Under the pieces are notes generated by a model that was given only the letters and a program-made list of their open reading frames with translations, did no database searches and was not told the origin of the DNA. From the NCBI GenBank assembly GCA_036000185.1, contig DASYGD010000375.1, forward strand, positions 1 through 48,494: a stretch of 48,494 bases of DNA. Direction: 5' to 3'. The stretch comes from Pirellulales bacterium (lineage in GTDB: Bacteria; Planctomycetota; Planctomycetia; Pirellulales; JAICIG01). Below, one piece after another: positions 1 to 8,692 of the stretch (position 1 is the stretch's first letter; each line of letters begins with the position of its first letter). A program made the translations under genes and the position numbers.

Positions 1-675
<675 letters not shown>

Positions 676-704
676 ATCGGATCCTTACTGGGTCCAGGTA
701 AAAA

Positions 705-1829
705 TCAGGCATTGACGGAATGAGCCAGCGAGGCGGGCAGCGTCAGGGTGAATCGCGCCCCTCCCGCGGGTAGATTCTCGGCCATCAGCTCCCCGCCATG
801 ATTGGCCGCGATGCGATGCGAGACGGCTAGCCCAAGGCCGATTCCCGTCTCCTTGGTGCTGACGAACGGGTCGAAGAGTCGAGGGAGTAAGCCGGCCGCG
901 ATGCCAGGCCCCGTGTCCGAAACGCGAAGTTCGACCTGCCGGGCGCTCGGGCCGTCCAACTCTATCGTCAGCGTTCCGCCCGCGGGCATGATGTCGAGCG
1001 CGTTCAGAACTAGATTGAGGACGAGTTGTTGCAGTTGGTCTTCGTCCGCATCGACAACCAGGGCGGCCTGCGGCCCACGCAGCACGAGTTCTACGCCCTG
1101 CTTCCGGGCGCGAGCTTCGATGAGGGCCGCAGCCCGGCTCGCGATCGGAGCTAGGCTCAGCGGTAGGCGGGTCGGCTGGGCAGGGCGCGCAAAATCGAGG
1201 AATTGCTGCAAGATCTTTTCCATGCGGCGGATTTCATGCTCGATGATCGCGAGGTCGTCCGTCGCCAGATTCTGCAAGCCGCCGTCTCTGCGGCCGCTCT
1301 GCACGAGCATCTTCACCGAGGTCAGCGGGTTGCGAAGCTCATGAGCGACGCCGGCCGCCAACTGGCCGACCATGGCAAGTTGATCGCCGCGCATCACTTC
1401 CCGTTCGCTCTGCCGCCGTTGTTCGTCAAGGCGTCGAATGACATGCACCATTTCATCGAGTCGTTCCGTCAGCCACGACAAATCACGGTTTTCAAGCGGG
1501 TCGGGCGGCGAAAAGCCCTGTCCCAGGCTGCTGGCGGCCGCGTCGAGCAAGCGACGAAGCGCGTGCAGCAATCGTCGAAGCCGTTGCGTCATTTTCCAGG
1601 AGCGATAAATGCCCCCCGCCGTCGCGCCTCCGCCGAACAGCAGCAGGCCCGCGGCGAACCACCGACCGCGGGTGGGCGTCCAATCCGTGCGAATCAGCCC
1701 GTTTGAGAGGCAGAACGCGACCGCGCCGCACAGGCCAACCAGCGCCAAGGAGACGCCCAATGTCGGGGCCATGAAACGAAGTGATGCACGATGCACAGTA
1801 AGTTCTTCCTCGCGATCGACCATCCGCAC
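705..1829 (-). CDS. Sensor histidine kinase (2 TM, HisKA, HATPase_c), partner of the NtrC-type regulator
   Basis: 374-aa ORF with the H-box AGVAHELRNPLTSV and N/G-box residues (DTGPGI, GIGLGLAV). It ends 30 nt upstream of the regulator start. The start codon is uncertain (an internal Met at 1772 is possible). Confidence 0.85.
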   Translation of the reverse strand: MRMVDREEELTVHRASLRFMAPTLGVSLALVGLCGAVAFCLSNGLIRTDWTPTRGRWFAAGLLLFGGGATAGGIYRSWKMTQRLRRLLHALRRLLDAAASSLGQGFSPPDPLENRDLSWLTERLDEMVHVIRRLDEQRRQSEREVMRGDQLAMVGQLAAGVAHELRNPLTSVKMLVQSGRRDGGLQNLATDDLAIIEHEIRRMEKILQQFLDFARPAQPTRLPLSLAPIASRAAALIEARARKQGVELVLRGPQAALVVDADEDQLQQLVLNLVLNALDIMPAGGTLTIELDGPSARQVELRVSDTGPGIAAGLLPRLFDPFVSTKETGIGLGLAVSHRIAANHGGELMAENLPAGGARFTLTLPASLAHSVNA

Positions 1830-1909
1830 GGCGCCAAAAGCGCGGCGGTTGGCGCATTCTATCCTGGCCGAGCAGAACGCCTAATCCGGCGCGAAACGCG
1901 CTTGCCCGC

Positions 1910-1928
1910 GTGGCTGAATTTCAGCCAC
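1910..1928. promoter_or_regulatory. Perfect 9-1-9 palindrome GTGGCTGAA-T-TTCAGCCAC, candidate enhancer (UAS) for the adjacent sigma54 activator
   Basis: Read directly. It lies 113-131 bp upstream of the -24/-12 motif at 2041, in the divergent intergenic region next to the activator operon. Confidence 0.35.
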
Positions 1929-2040
1929 TTGGCGGTTGGATCGCGGCAGTTCGAGGTTCTGGTGCGCCGTCCGCAGTCCGATCGGGGCCACACTCGCTGA
2001 TTTTCTCGCCGTCATGCCTGATTCCGCGATGTTCCGGCGA

Positions 2041-2056
2041 TGGCATGGAGTTTGCG
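2041..2056 (+). promoter_or_regulatory. sigma54 (-24/-12) promoter candidate TGGCATG-GAGT-TTGCG
   Basis: GG-N10-GC spacing is exact. It matches the TGGCACG-N4-TTGCW consensus at 14 of 16 positions, is intergenic, and sits 178 nt upstream of the ATG at 2234. Confidence 0.5.
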
Positions 2057-2233
2057 TAACACGGCAAATGCGACGCGGCAGTTGAGTTGCGAATCGCACA
2101 CCAGCATCATTCGCGTGAATTAGGGACTGTGAAGGGGGTTTGTCGCCCTTGAGGTTGCTGGCTCGGACTGAGCGAGCTCTCGCTGGTTCTCGATGGACGC
2201 CGCTGGCCGCGCAAATTGATGAAAGGATGAAAA

Positions 2234-2497
2234 ATGAAAGTCTGGCAACAATTGGAGGGCATTCTTGAACAAGTGGACCTGCTCAATCGCACCGCGCAGA
2301 TCCGAAAAGACCATCGCTGCTTGACCTTCGACCTGCCTCCAGCGTGCGATATTCTGCTGCGAGGCGAACGTGTCAAGCTTCGCATGCTGCAGCCGTTGGA
2401 CCGCGTAACAGTGCGCTATCGCAGCGCCGCGGGGCGGCATGTGGCCAGCCTGATTGAAGTGCTGGCGACGACGGCGAGCGAAGTACAGGCGGCATGA
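2234..2497 (+). CDS. Hypothetical small protein (87 aa)
   Basis: ORF with an RBS-like GAAAGGA 6 nt upstream of the ATG. No family recognised. Confidence 0.5.
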   Translation: MKVWQQLEGILEQVDLLNRTAQIRKDHRCLTFDLPPACDILLRGERVKLRMLQPLDRVTVRYRSAAGRHVASLIEVLATTASEVQAA

Positions 2498-2635
2498 AAG
2501 TCGGCGTCGAGAGGAACTCGTCGGAGAGTGACAGACAAGATTAAAAAAACAGATGATCCCGCAAATGCGACTTCGGTCGGAAGCCAAGGCGCCGCGAAGG
2601 AGGACGGGCAAGTTTCCAGGAGGAAAGGTCAAGCA

Positions 2636-3022
2636 ATGCATTTCGAACTTCATGGCCGCAGCCAGGACAGGAGTCGTGCCGTGCGCGACTTTATCGAGAA
2701 CCGAGTGCTGTCGAAGCTGTCTCGAACTCGCCAGCGCATTCGTTCGATTGACGTCTATATCGAGGATGTCAACGGGCCGCGCGGCGGTGCGGACCATCTG
2801 ATCCGCGTCGTCGTCGGTCTCAAGCCCAGGGGCCAAGTCATCGTCCGGCAGTTGGACCTGAGTCCCAGCGCCGGCATTGGTTTGGCGGCGGAGCGCACAG
2901 TTCGCGCCGTGCGGCGCGAATTGGGACGTCGCCGCACGAACCGGCTGCGCGGAGCGCAAAAGGCGATTCGCGAACCGAACCGGCCAGCGGGGGCAATGCA
3001 CGATTCGCAGCGCGCCGGCTAG
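2636..3022 (+). CDS. HPF/RaiA (sigma54-modulation / S30EA) family ribosome-associated protein
   Basis: MHFELHGRSQDRSRAVRDFIENRV...DVNGPRGGADHLIRVVV...AERTVRAVRRELGRRR fits the short HPF/RaiA pattern. A strong RBS AGGAGGAAAGG precedes the ATG at 2636. The ORF-track start at 2528 is probably too far upstream. Confidence 0.7.
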   Translation: MHFELHGRSQDRSRAVRDFIENRVLSKLSRTRQRIRSIDVYIEDVNGPRGGADHLIRVVVGLKPRGQVIVRQLDLSPSAGIGLAAERTVRAVRRELGRRRTNRLRGAQKAIREPNRPAGAMHDSQRAG

Positions 3023-3078
3023 CTTTCCGGCTAAGAAGCGCGCAGGGCGGGGAACCCATTTTTAAGGAGGAAACACGC

Positions 3079-3494
3079 ATGCGGCCGATTCGGGCCATTC
3101 TGCAACCCGCCAATTTTTCGGCCTTGGCCGAACGAGCGTTCGAGCTGGCGTGTCAGTTGGCACGAATGCTGAAGGCTCGCATTGTCGTCATTCTTGTGGC
3201 AACGCCAGCGATTCAGCCCTGGGGCAGGTGGTCGTTGGTGCTAGGCCAACCTCGCAACGAATGGCGGAAAAGCGAAGAAAAGTTGCATTCGATTGAGGCC
3301 GGCGATTTGGAGATCGAGCGACTGTTCGTCCCTGGCGAGCCCGCCGCGGCGATCGTCCGCACGGCGCTCGAGATCGACGCGGACTTGATCGTTATGAGAT
3401 CGCCGCGACGTTCCAGTTGGCGGTGGTCCACGGCGCCAGCGTGGCCGAGACGGTAACGCTCGAAGCGCGTTGCCCGGTTCTGACCACTCGCGAC
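3079..3494 (+). pseudogene. Universal stress protein (UspA family), frameshifted near 3412-3420
   Basis: The N-terminal 112 aa are in the frame of 3079 (…AAIVRTALEIDADLIVM). The conserved C-terminus (…VVHGASVAETVTLEARCPVLTTRD) is in the frame of ORF 3417. The annotated ORF 3079-3456 ends in out-of-frame residues. Confidence 0.7.
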
Positions 3495-3518
3495 TCAGCG
3501 GTAAAGGGAGTTTCACTG

Positions 3519-3775
3519 ATGATGCAAATGGAAAAGGCGACGACGGCGGCCGAAATCGCCAAGGCTGCGGAACGGATGGCCTTCGAGCTGCGAGGCCGCC
3601 TATTGACGCGAGCCTTTCCGTCGAGGAGGGGGGCGTGGTCCTTCGTGGGCGGGCGCAATCTTATTACGTCAAGCAATTGGCCCAACACGCAGTCATGCAG
3701 CACGTTGCACTGCCGATTCATGCGAATGACATCGAAGTGAGTCGGACGCAGCGCCACGTCTGGCGGAGAAGATGA
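3519..3775 (+). pseudogene. BON-domain protein, frameshifted near 3595-3600
   Basis: RBS AAGGGAG precedes ATGATG at 3519 (MMQMEKATTAAEIAKAAERMAFELRGR...). The BON core (IDASLSVEEGGVVLRGRAQSYYVKQLAQHAVMQHVALPIHANDIEV) is in the frame of ORF 3470-3775. Confidence 0.6.
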
Positions 3776-3903
3776 TCGAGATCGCGCGGTTGTCGCGAGT
3801 ATACGCCGATGGAAGTCGGTCGCTGATTCGCCGCAAATAGCCCCCAGGATTGAAACGCAATTTGAACTGCTCGCACGTCTGCCGGGACGTGCCGAGACGC
3901 CGC

Positions 3904-4335
3904 TCAGCCTGACCTCGCTGGCTGCGACATGCCAAGTGCCGCGACAAGACGTTGCAGTTCGCGGCTCATTGTACGGTGGCTTTCTTCCAAGTGCTGGTGT
4001 CTCTGGTTCGCCGCGTGGTGCCGTGCCGCGAGCCGCTGGTGTTCTTCGGCGAATCGGTCAGGCTCAGCGTCTGATGCGCCGCGCTCTTTTGCCGCGAGGT
4101 TCGCTTCGTGCCGAACCAGCCTCGCCTCGTGCGCGACAATATCCTCTTCGTGTTCCATCAGATCATCCTCTTCTTCGATGATGTGAGCCCGCAATCGCTC
4201 AAGCGCATCCAGCATGACACGGTTCTCAGCCCGCCAGCAAATGACGGCATGCATCCAGCCCGCGTGATCTGTGCTGTCGTGCCGATGCTCCGCATGCAAC
4301 TGACTATGTACGGGGTCGGGGTTCGGGTCGGACAT
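3904..4335 (-). CDS. Hypothetical His/Glu-rich coiled-coil protein (143 aa)
   Basis: ORF 3904-4398. The likely start is MSDPNPDP at 4335, preceded by GAGG. No family recognised. It lies directly downstream of a perfect -24/-12 motif. Confidence 0.6.
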   Translation of the reverse strand: MSDPNPDPVHSQLHAEHRHDSTDHAGWMHAVICWRAENRVMLDALERLRAHIIEEEDDLMEHEEDIVAHEARLVRHEANLAAKERGASDAEPDRFAEEHQRLAARHHAANQRHQHLEESHRTMSRELQRLVAALGMSQPARSG

Positions 4336-4411
4336 AACAAACCTCGGCTCAATAAGGAAAGGATTGAAGTCTGCCTGCAATCCGTTGAGAAAACGCACTG
4401 ACTATCGATAG

Positions 4412-4427
4412 TGCAACGGCCGTGCCA
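4412..4427 (-). promoter_or_regulatory. sigma54 (-24/-12) promoter candidate TGGCACG-GCCG-TTGCA (perfect consensus)
   Basis: The reverse complement of 4412-4427 reads TGGCACGGCCGTTGCA. It starts 12 nt after the ANTAR gene stop and ends 76 nt upstream of the ATG at 4335. Confidence 0.6.
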
Positions 4428-4439
4428 CGTCATCGCTGC

Positions 4440-5039
4440 TCAACCTTCGGCCGCCGGACGGATCGCCTTTTCAATCGCTAAAACGGCCTCGGCGGCAGCG
4501 ATGAGCTTCAGGTTTTTATCGGCGGCGAACGTTTGCAGACGGCGGAAGGCCGCGCGCTCATCGATGCCCGCGACCTTCATCAGCACGCCTTTGGCCTGCT
4601 CGATGATCCGCCGGTTAGCCAACGCCAGTCGTAAGTCGACGGCCTCCTGACGCAGGGCCTGTAAGTCGGCAAAACGGTGCATGGCGAGCGCGATGGCGGG
4701 CTCCAGGGCGGCTTTGCCGATCGGCTTGACCAAGAACGCCAGCACATGGTCCGTCTCCGCCCGTTGGATCAATTCCGCGTCGTGGTAGGCGGATATCAAG
4801 ATAATGGGCGTCGGGCGTTCGCTGCAGATCGCCGCCGCAGCCTCGATCCCGTCCATGTCGGGCATTTTGATGTCGGTGATCACCAGGTCGGGGCTGAGCG
4901 TGCGGCAGTGCTCGGCCAACTCGCGCCCATTCTCCGCCGCCGAAACCACTTGATGGCCGAGCAAGGGGAGCATGCGCTCGAACCAATCTCGCATATCGGC
5001 TTCGTCGTCGGCCACGGCAACCCGTAACGGTCCGCTCAT
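4440..5039 (-). CDS. Response regulator with ANTAR RNA-binding output domain (PdtaR/AmiR-like)
   Basis: REC domain (VAVADDEADMR...ITDIKMPDMDG) is followed by an ANTAR-type helical domain (LALANRRIIEQAKGVLMKVAGIDERAAFRRLQTFAADKNLKL). The start overlaps the upstream kinase stop by 4 nt. Confidence 0.9.
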   Translation of the reverse strand: MSGPLRVAVADDEADMRDWFERMLPLLGHQVVSAAENGRELAEHCRTLSPDLVITDIKMPDMDGIEAAAAICSERPTPIILISAYHDAELIQRAETDHVLAFLVKPIGKAALEPAIALAMHRFADLQALRQEAVDLRLALANRRIIEQAKGVLMKVAGIDERAAFRRLQTFAADKNLKLIAAAEAVLAIEKAIRPAAEG

Positions 5040-6493
5040 TCCAATTCCCTGGGCAAGATCACAATCATCTCCGCGCCTGGCCCCGAGTGGTCGCTCACTT
5101 CGATCAGGCCGCCGTGCGATTGCACAATCCGTCTAGCAATTGCCATGCCAAGGCCCGTGCCTCTGGTTTTGGTGGTATAGAACGGCTCAAAAATGCGCTG
5201 GCGCTGTTCGAGGGCCATTCCCGATCCGTGATCGCGAAAGGCGATGCGCAGCGCCATTCGTCCTTCAAGCCGGGCCGCACCGCAACGGACGATGATCCGA
5301 TCGCCGCCCGGCGTCGCACTCAACGCATTCTCCAAGATATTGCGAAACACCTGACCGATGGCAAAGCGGTCCACGCGGCAACTGAAGTCGTCGCCTTCGA
5401 CTTGCTCCAACAATTCGACTGGCTTCTCCTGATTGGGCTGCACTAGGTGCGACCAAATTTCGCGCCAAAGGCGTTGCAGGTCGCAAAGGTCGCGCTTCAG
5501 GTTGATCGGCGCCGCATAGCCGCGCACCTCTTCGTACAGGCGGTAAAGGTGCTCTTGCGCGTCCTCGATCCGCCGCACTAAGTCGAGCGCCTCCGGTCGG
5601 TCTTCGACTTCCAGCGCGAGCATTTCTAGGCACGCCTTGCTGCGCTGCAAGGCGTTGCGACTTTCGTGCGTCAAGCCGGCCATCATCTCGCCGATGGCCG
5701 CCAGCCGCTCGGCTTGCAGCGTTTTGCGCTGGGCGTCGTTAAGTTCGGTGATGTCGTGGCCGATGGCCAGAACGGCGCCTTGGCCGTCGAAATCGTCGAG
5801 CACCGCCGCATTCCAGACGATCGTACGGCGCATGCCGTTTTTGCACGCCATCGCGCCTTGCACGCCCCGAGGCGCTTTCGCGCGCGAACTGGCGTCGATC
5901 ATCCGTTGGATAAGTCGCTGGCGTGCGGGTTCCTCGACGAATACTGTCGTGAAATCGCGCCCTCGGACCTCATCGATGGAAAAGCCGGTCAGCTCTTCGG
6001 TGAAGGGATTCAGATACAAGATGGCGCCGTCGATCCGCAAGATGACGATCATCGAAGGGGCCGCTTCGACCAGCGTGCGAAAGGCGGTTTCGCTGCGGAG
6101 CTTGGCCTGCGTCAACCGCCGCCGCTCCGCGGACAGGCCCATTCGGGTCCGCAACGCGGCAGGGCTGATAGGCTTGACGATGTAGTCGACCGCTCCGTTG
6201 CGAATGGCCGCGATGGCTCCGTCTAGATCGGCGAGGCCCGTGGCGACGATCACGTCGGCCTCCGGCGCAAGCCGCTTGAGCCGCGGCAGCAGTTCTTCGG
6301 CGCTGCCGTCGGGCAATTGCCGATCGAGGATCACCACGGCGACCTCCGCCCAGTTGCGGCCAGCGAGCGCTTCGCGCATCGTGCCGACCGCGTCAACTCG
6401 GTAACCGTCCAAGGCGAGGATGTCGCGGAGGTTCCCCCGCGTATCTTCGTCGTCCTCCACTACCAGTACCGTCATCGCGGCCGATTCAGCCAT
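5036..6493 (-). CDS. Hybrid sensor kinase: REC-PAS-HisKA-HATPase_c
   Basis: N-terminal receiver (VLVVEDDEDTRGNL...ILDRQLPDG), a PAS-like segment, H-box AGLTHESRNAL and an ATPase domain (DHGSGM, GTGLGMAIA). Confidence 0.9.
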   Translation of the reverse strand: MAESAAMTVLVVEDDEDTRGNLRDILALDGYRVDAVGTMREALAGRNWAEVAVVILDRQLPDGSAEELLPRLKRLAPEADVIVATGLADLDGAIAAIRNGAVDYIVKPISPAALRTRMGLSAERRRLTQAKLRSETAFRTLVEAAPSMIVILRIDGAILYLNPFTEELTGFSIDEVRGRDFTTVFVEEPARQRLIQRMIDASSRAKAPRGVQGAMACKNGMRRTIVWNAAVLDDFDGQGAVLAIGHDITELNDAQRKTLQAERLAAIGEMMAGLTHESRNALQRSKACLEMLALEVEDRPEALDLVRRIEDAQEHLYRLYEEVRGYAAPINLKRDLCDLQRLWREIWSHLVQPNQEKPVELLEQVEGDDFSCRVDRFAIGQVFRNILENALSATPGGDRIIVRCGAARLEGRMALRIAFRDHGSGMALEQRQRIFEPFYTTKTRGTGLGMAIARRIVQSHGGLIEVSDHSGPGAEMIVILPRELE

Positions 6494-7220
6494 GCGTCGT
6501 CAAGCTCCTCAAAATCTCCAACAGCCTTGGGATGTCGAACGGCTTATAGCACGCGGCGTCGGCGCCGCTCGCCAGCGTTTGTTCGACGAGCTGCTCCATT
6601 TCGCCGCACAGTCCCGTGATCAGCACTGTGCGGGCTTGCGGATTAGCCTGTCGCACCAAGCGGAAAACGTCGGCCCCGCCGCCGTGTGGCAGTTTCATGT
6701 CGATCAACACGACGTGGTGCGAGCGCTGGCCCAATCGCGCGGCGGCTTCGGGCGGATCGTGCGCCAACGCGACGCGATAGCCCCGCTCGCGGAGCAGATT
6801 CCAAAGCGATTGGCAAAGATCGCGATCGTCGTCGACGATCAGCAGAAGTGGCTGTTCGACGGCTTCGTCCAGCAACGCCAGCAGCTTCGGCAACTCGACC
6901 GGTTTCGACAGAATCCGCCAGGCGCCGGCGGCGAGAGCTTCGCTTGCGGCGTTGCTGCTGGCATAGGCGGTGACGACAATGGCCACCGTGTCCGCCTGCA
7001 AGTGCTTGATGCGTCGATAGAGTTCGATCCCGTCCATACCCGGCATTTTCAAATCGAGAATCGCCGCGTCGTAGGCATGCTGCTTGATCAACTCGAGCGC
7101 GCTGGTTCCATCGTAGGCCGCATCGACTTGGTAGCCGACATCGGTCAGGATGTCGGACAGGTTGGCGCAGGTATCGGCATCGTCATCGACGACCAATAGG
7201 CGAGGTTTGCTGTCGGCCAT
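6486..7220 (-). CDS. Dual receiver-domain protein (REC-REC), no output domain
   Basis: Two tandem CheY-like domains (LLVVDDDADTCANL...ILDLKMPGMDG and LLLIVDDDRDLCQSL...LIDMKLPHGGG). Overlaps the downstream kinase gene by 8 nt. Confidence 0.85.
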   Translation of the reverse strand: MADSKPRLLVVDDDADTCANLSDILTDVGYQVDAAYDGTSALELIKQHAYDAAILDLKMPGMDGIELYRRIKHLQADTVAIVVTAYASSNAASEALAAGAWRILSKPVELPKLLALLDEAVEQPLLLIVDDDRDLCQSLWNLLRERGYRVALAHDPPEAAARLGQRSHHVVLIDMKLPHGGGADVFRLVRQANPQARTVLITGLCGEMEQLVEQTLASGADAACYKPFDIPRLLEILRSLTTHG

Positions 7221-7266
7221 GCCCGGAAACGTCTCCTCTCAGGGCGGATGAAATCTGGCGCCGGAA

Positions 7267-8442
7267 TCAAGCGGGCTGCGTTCGCCATGCGGCGGACAGT
7301 CGAACGGTAAAGCGGCTTCCGCTGCCAAACTCGCTGGCGACTTGCAGTTGCCCGCCGTGCTTGTCGATAATCGAGCGCGTGATCGGCAGACCCAGGCCGA
7401 TGCCGCGGGCTTTCGTCGAATAAAGCGGCTCCATGATTCGTCCCAGGCTTTCTCGAGGGATTCCGACGCCCGTATCGGAGATCGTCACGGCCACGTCTTG
7501 CTCAGCTTGCTGCGCCGCGATCGCAATCAAGCCGCCATTGGGCATCGCATCCCGCGCGTTGCGCAAGAGGTTGCTGAAGACGATCTGCAACTGCCGTGCA
7601 TCGCCCAGCACTGGCGGCAATTGGGCCGCGTAATCGAATGAGACGGTGATACCCGCCGGCAATGGATTCAACTCCAAGACCTCGCCGATGCACGTTTCGA
7701 CGCAGACGGGATGCAACTCGGGCGCGGGCAGGCGGGCGAAATCGGATAAGGCTGTAATCACCCGGTCGGCCAGGTCGATTTGCCGTTCGATTCGCTCAAG
7801 GTGTTCCCGCGTCTTGTCTGCGGACGGCGTCTTGGCATTCAACAGATAATACGCCGAAGTTTTGACCGCATTCAACGGATTGCGCAGTTCGTGGGCCACG
7901 CCGCCCGCAACCTGGCCGATGGCCGCCAGCCGATCGCTGCGCTGTTGTCGCTGGCTGAATTCGGTTTGGTAAGCGTCTTGAATGATCGCTAGGTCGAGAT
8001 CCAAAAGCGCATTGAGCGATGCGAGCACCGCCAAAAGCCGGCGATCGTCGCCCGTCCAGGCACGCTCCAGAGTTCGCAGCAGATGTCGACGCAAGCGAGA
8101 CAGCGCGGCGCTGGTAAAGACCTGCGAGAGCCCGATTTCCACGTGTCTCAAACCCACGCGCCAGCGGCGAGAAACGTATTTCTTGTCGTACTCGCCGGAA
8201 ACCAAGTCGCGCAACCAGTCGCCGAGCGTTTTTTTCAACCTGGCGACTTGCTCGGCCCCACCGGTGATCACCTTGCAAGCGTCCGGATGGCGGCCGATCT
8301 CCTGATAGAAGTCATCGATGATGTCGACGATATGCGGTTCGATCAGATCGGCCACGCCCGCGACCCGCAGGGCATCGTCATCGGTCCAGCCGACGTAGCT
8401 CTGTAGTTCCTGATAGAGCTGATAAATCTTCTCACATGGCAT
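7267..8442 (-). CDS. Globin-coupled sensor histidine kinase (protoglobin-type sensor + HisKA + HATPase_c)
   Basis: The N-terminal ~160 aa show the globin-coupled-sensor pattern (DDFYQEI..HP...RLKKTLGDWL..L.SGEYDKKY...RWRVGLRHVEIGL, with a candidate proximal His). This is followed by H-box GGVAHELRNPLNAV and an ATPase domain. Confidence 0.8.
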   Translation of the reverse strand: MPCEKIYQLYQELQSYVGWTDDDALRVAGVADLIEPHIVDIIDDFYQEIGRHPDACKVITGGAEQVARLKKTLGDWLRDLVSGEYDKKYVSRRWRVGLRHVEIGLSQVFTSAALSRLRRHLLRTLERAWTGDDRRLLAVLASLNALLDLDLAIIQDAYQTEFSQRQQRSDRLAAIGQVAGGVAHELRNPLNAVKTSAYYLLNAKTPSADKTREHLERIERQIDLADRVITALSDFARLPAPELHPVCVETCIGEVLELNPLPAGITVSFDYAAQLPPVLGDARQLQIVFSNLLRNARDAMPNGGLIAIAAQQAEQDVAVTISDTGVGIPRESLGRIMEPLYSTKARGIGLGLPITRSIIDKHGGQLQVASEFGSGSRFTVRLSAAWRTQPA

Positions 8443-8465
8443 GAATTACTCCCGATTCCCGCCGA

Positions 8466-8502
8466 CAAACAAAAAAGCCCGCCAGCCACGAAAATGGCTT
8501 GC
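8466..8502 (-). terminator. Terminator-like hairpin plus U6 tract inside the 5' leader of the globin-kinase operon (possible attenuator)
   Basis: Minus-strand RNA reads GCAAGCCA-UUUUCG-UGGCUGGC (7 of 8 pairs), then GGGC-UUUUUU-G. The U tract ends about 28 nt before the ATG at 8442. Confidence 0.3.
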
Positions 8503-8644
8503 GAGCTTGGTTCGATGAATCCGCGGGACGATCCGTCGCGAGCCGTCCGAATCCAACGATTGTAAACCATCACGATCATCTGCGAAAGTAGGATGAATGC
8601 TCCCATTCAATAGGCGAGATCCACGCGCCAGTGCCGGAGCCGAG

Positions 8645-8673
8645 TTGACAGACGCCCCGCGCCATCTTAGATT
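8645..8673 (+). promoter_or_regulatory. sigma70-like promoter candidate TTGACA-17-TAGATT
   Basis: Read directly. It lies 20-35 nt upstream of the candidate starts of the REC-only regulator. Confidence 0.3.
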
Positions 8674-8692
8674 GGCCGCGTGGGATGAACTC

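Noticed and set aside
2495-2635. The small ORF 2234-2497 and the HPF ORF are in the same frame, separated by one TGA with no further stops (possible read-through fusion)
   Set aside because: The HPF gene has its own strong RBS and ATG at 2636. The intervening 46 codons look like non-coding filler. Frame coincidence has a 1 in 3 chance. No hairpin or conserved Cys context exists, unlike the rhodanese case. The same applies to the same-frame RIC and DUF488 pair (14160-14228).
8443-8600. Canonical ANTAR target (two short hairpins with A-x-x-G hexaloops) in the globin-kinase leader and in the 4336-4411 leader
   Set aside because: I could not find the dual-hexaloop motif by eye. Only a generic terminator-like hairpin is present, and that is reported separately at low confidence.
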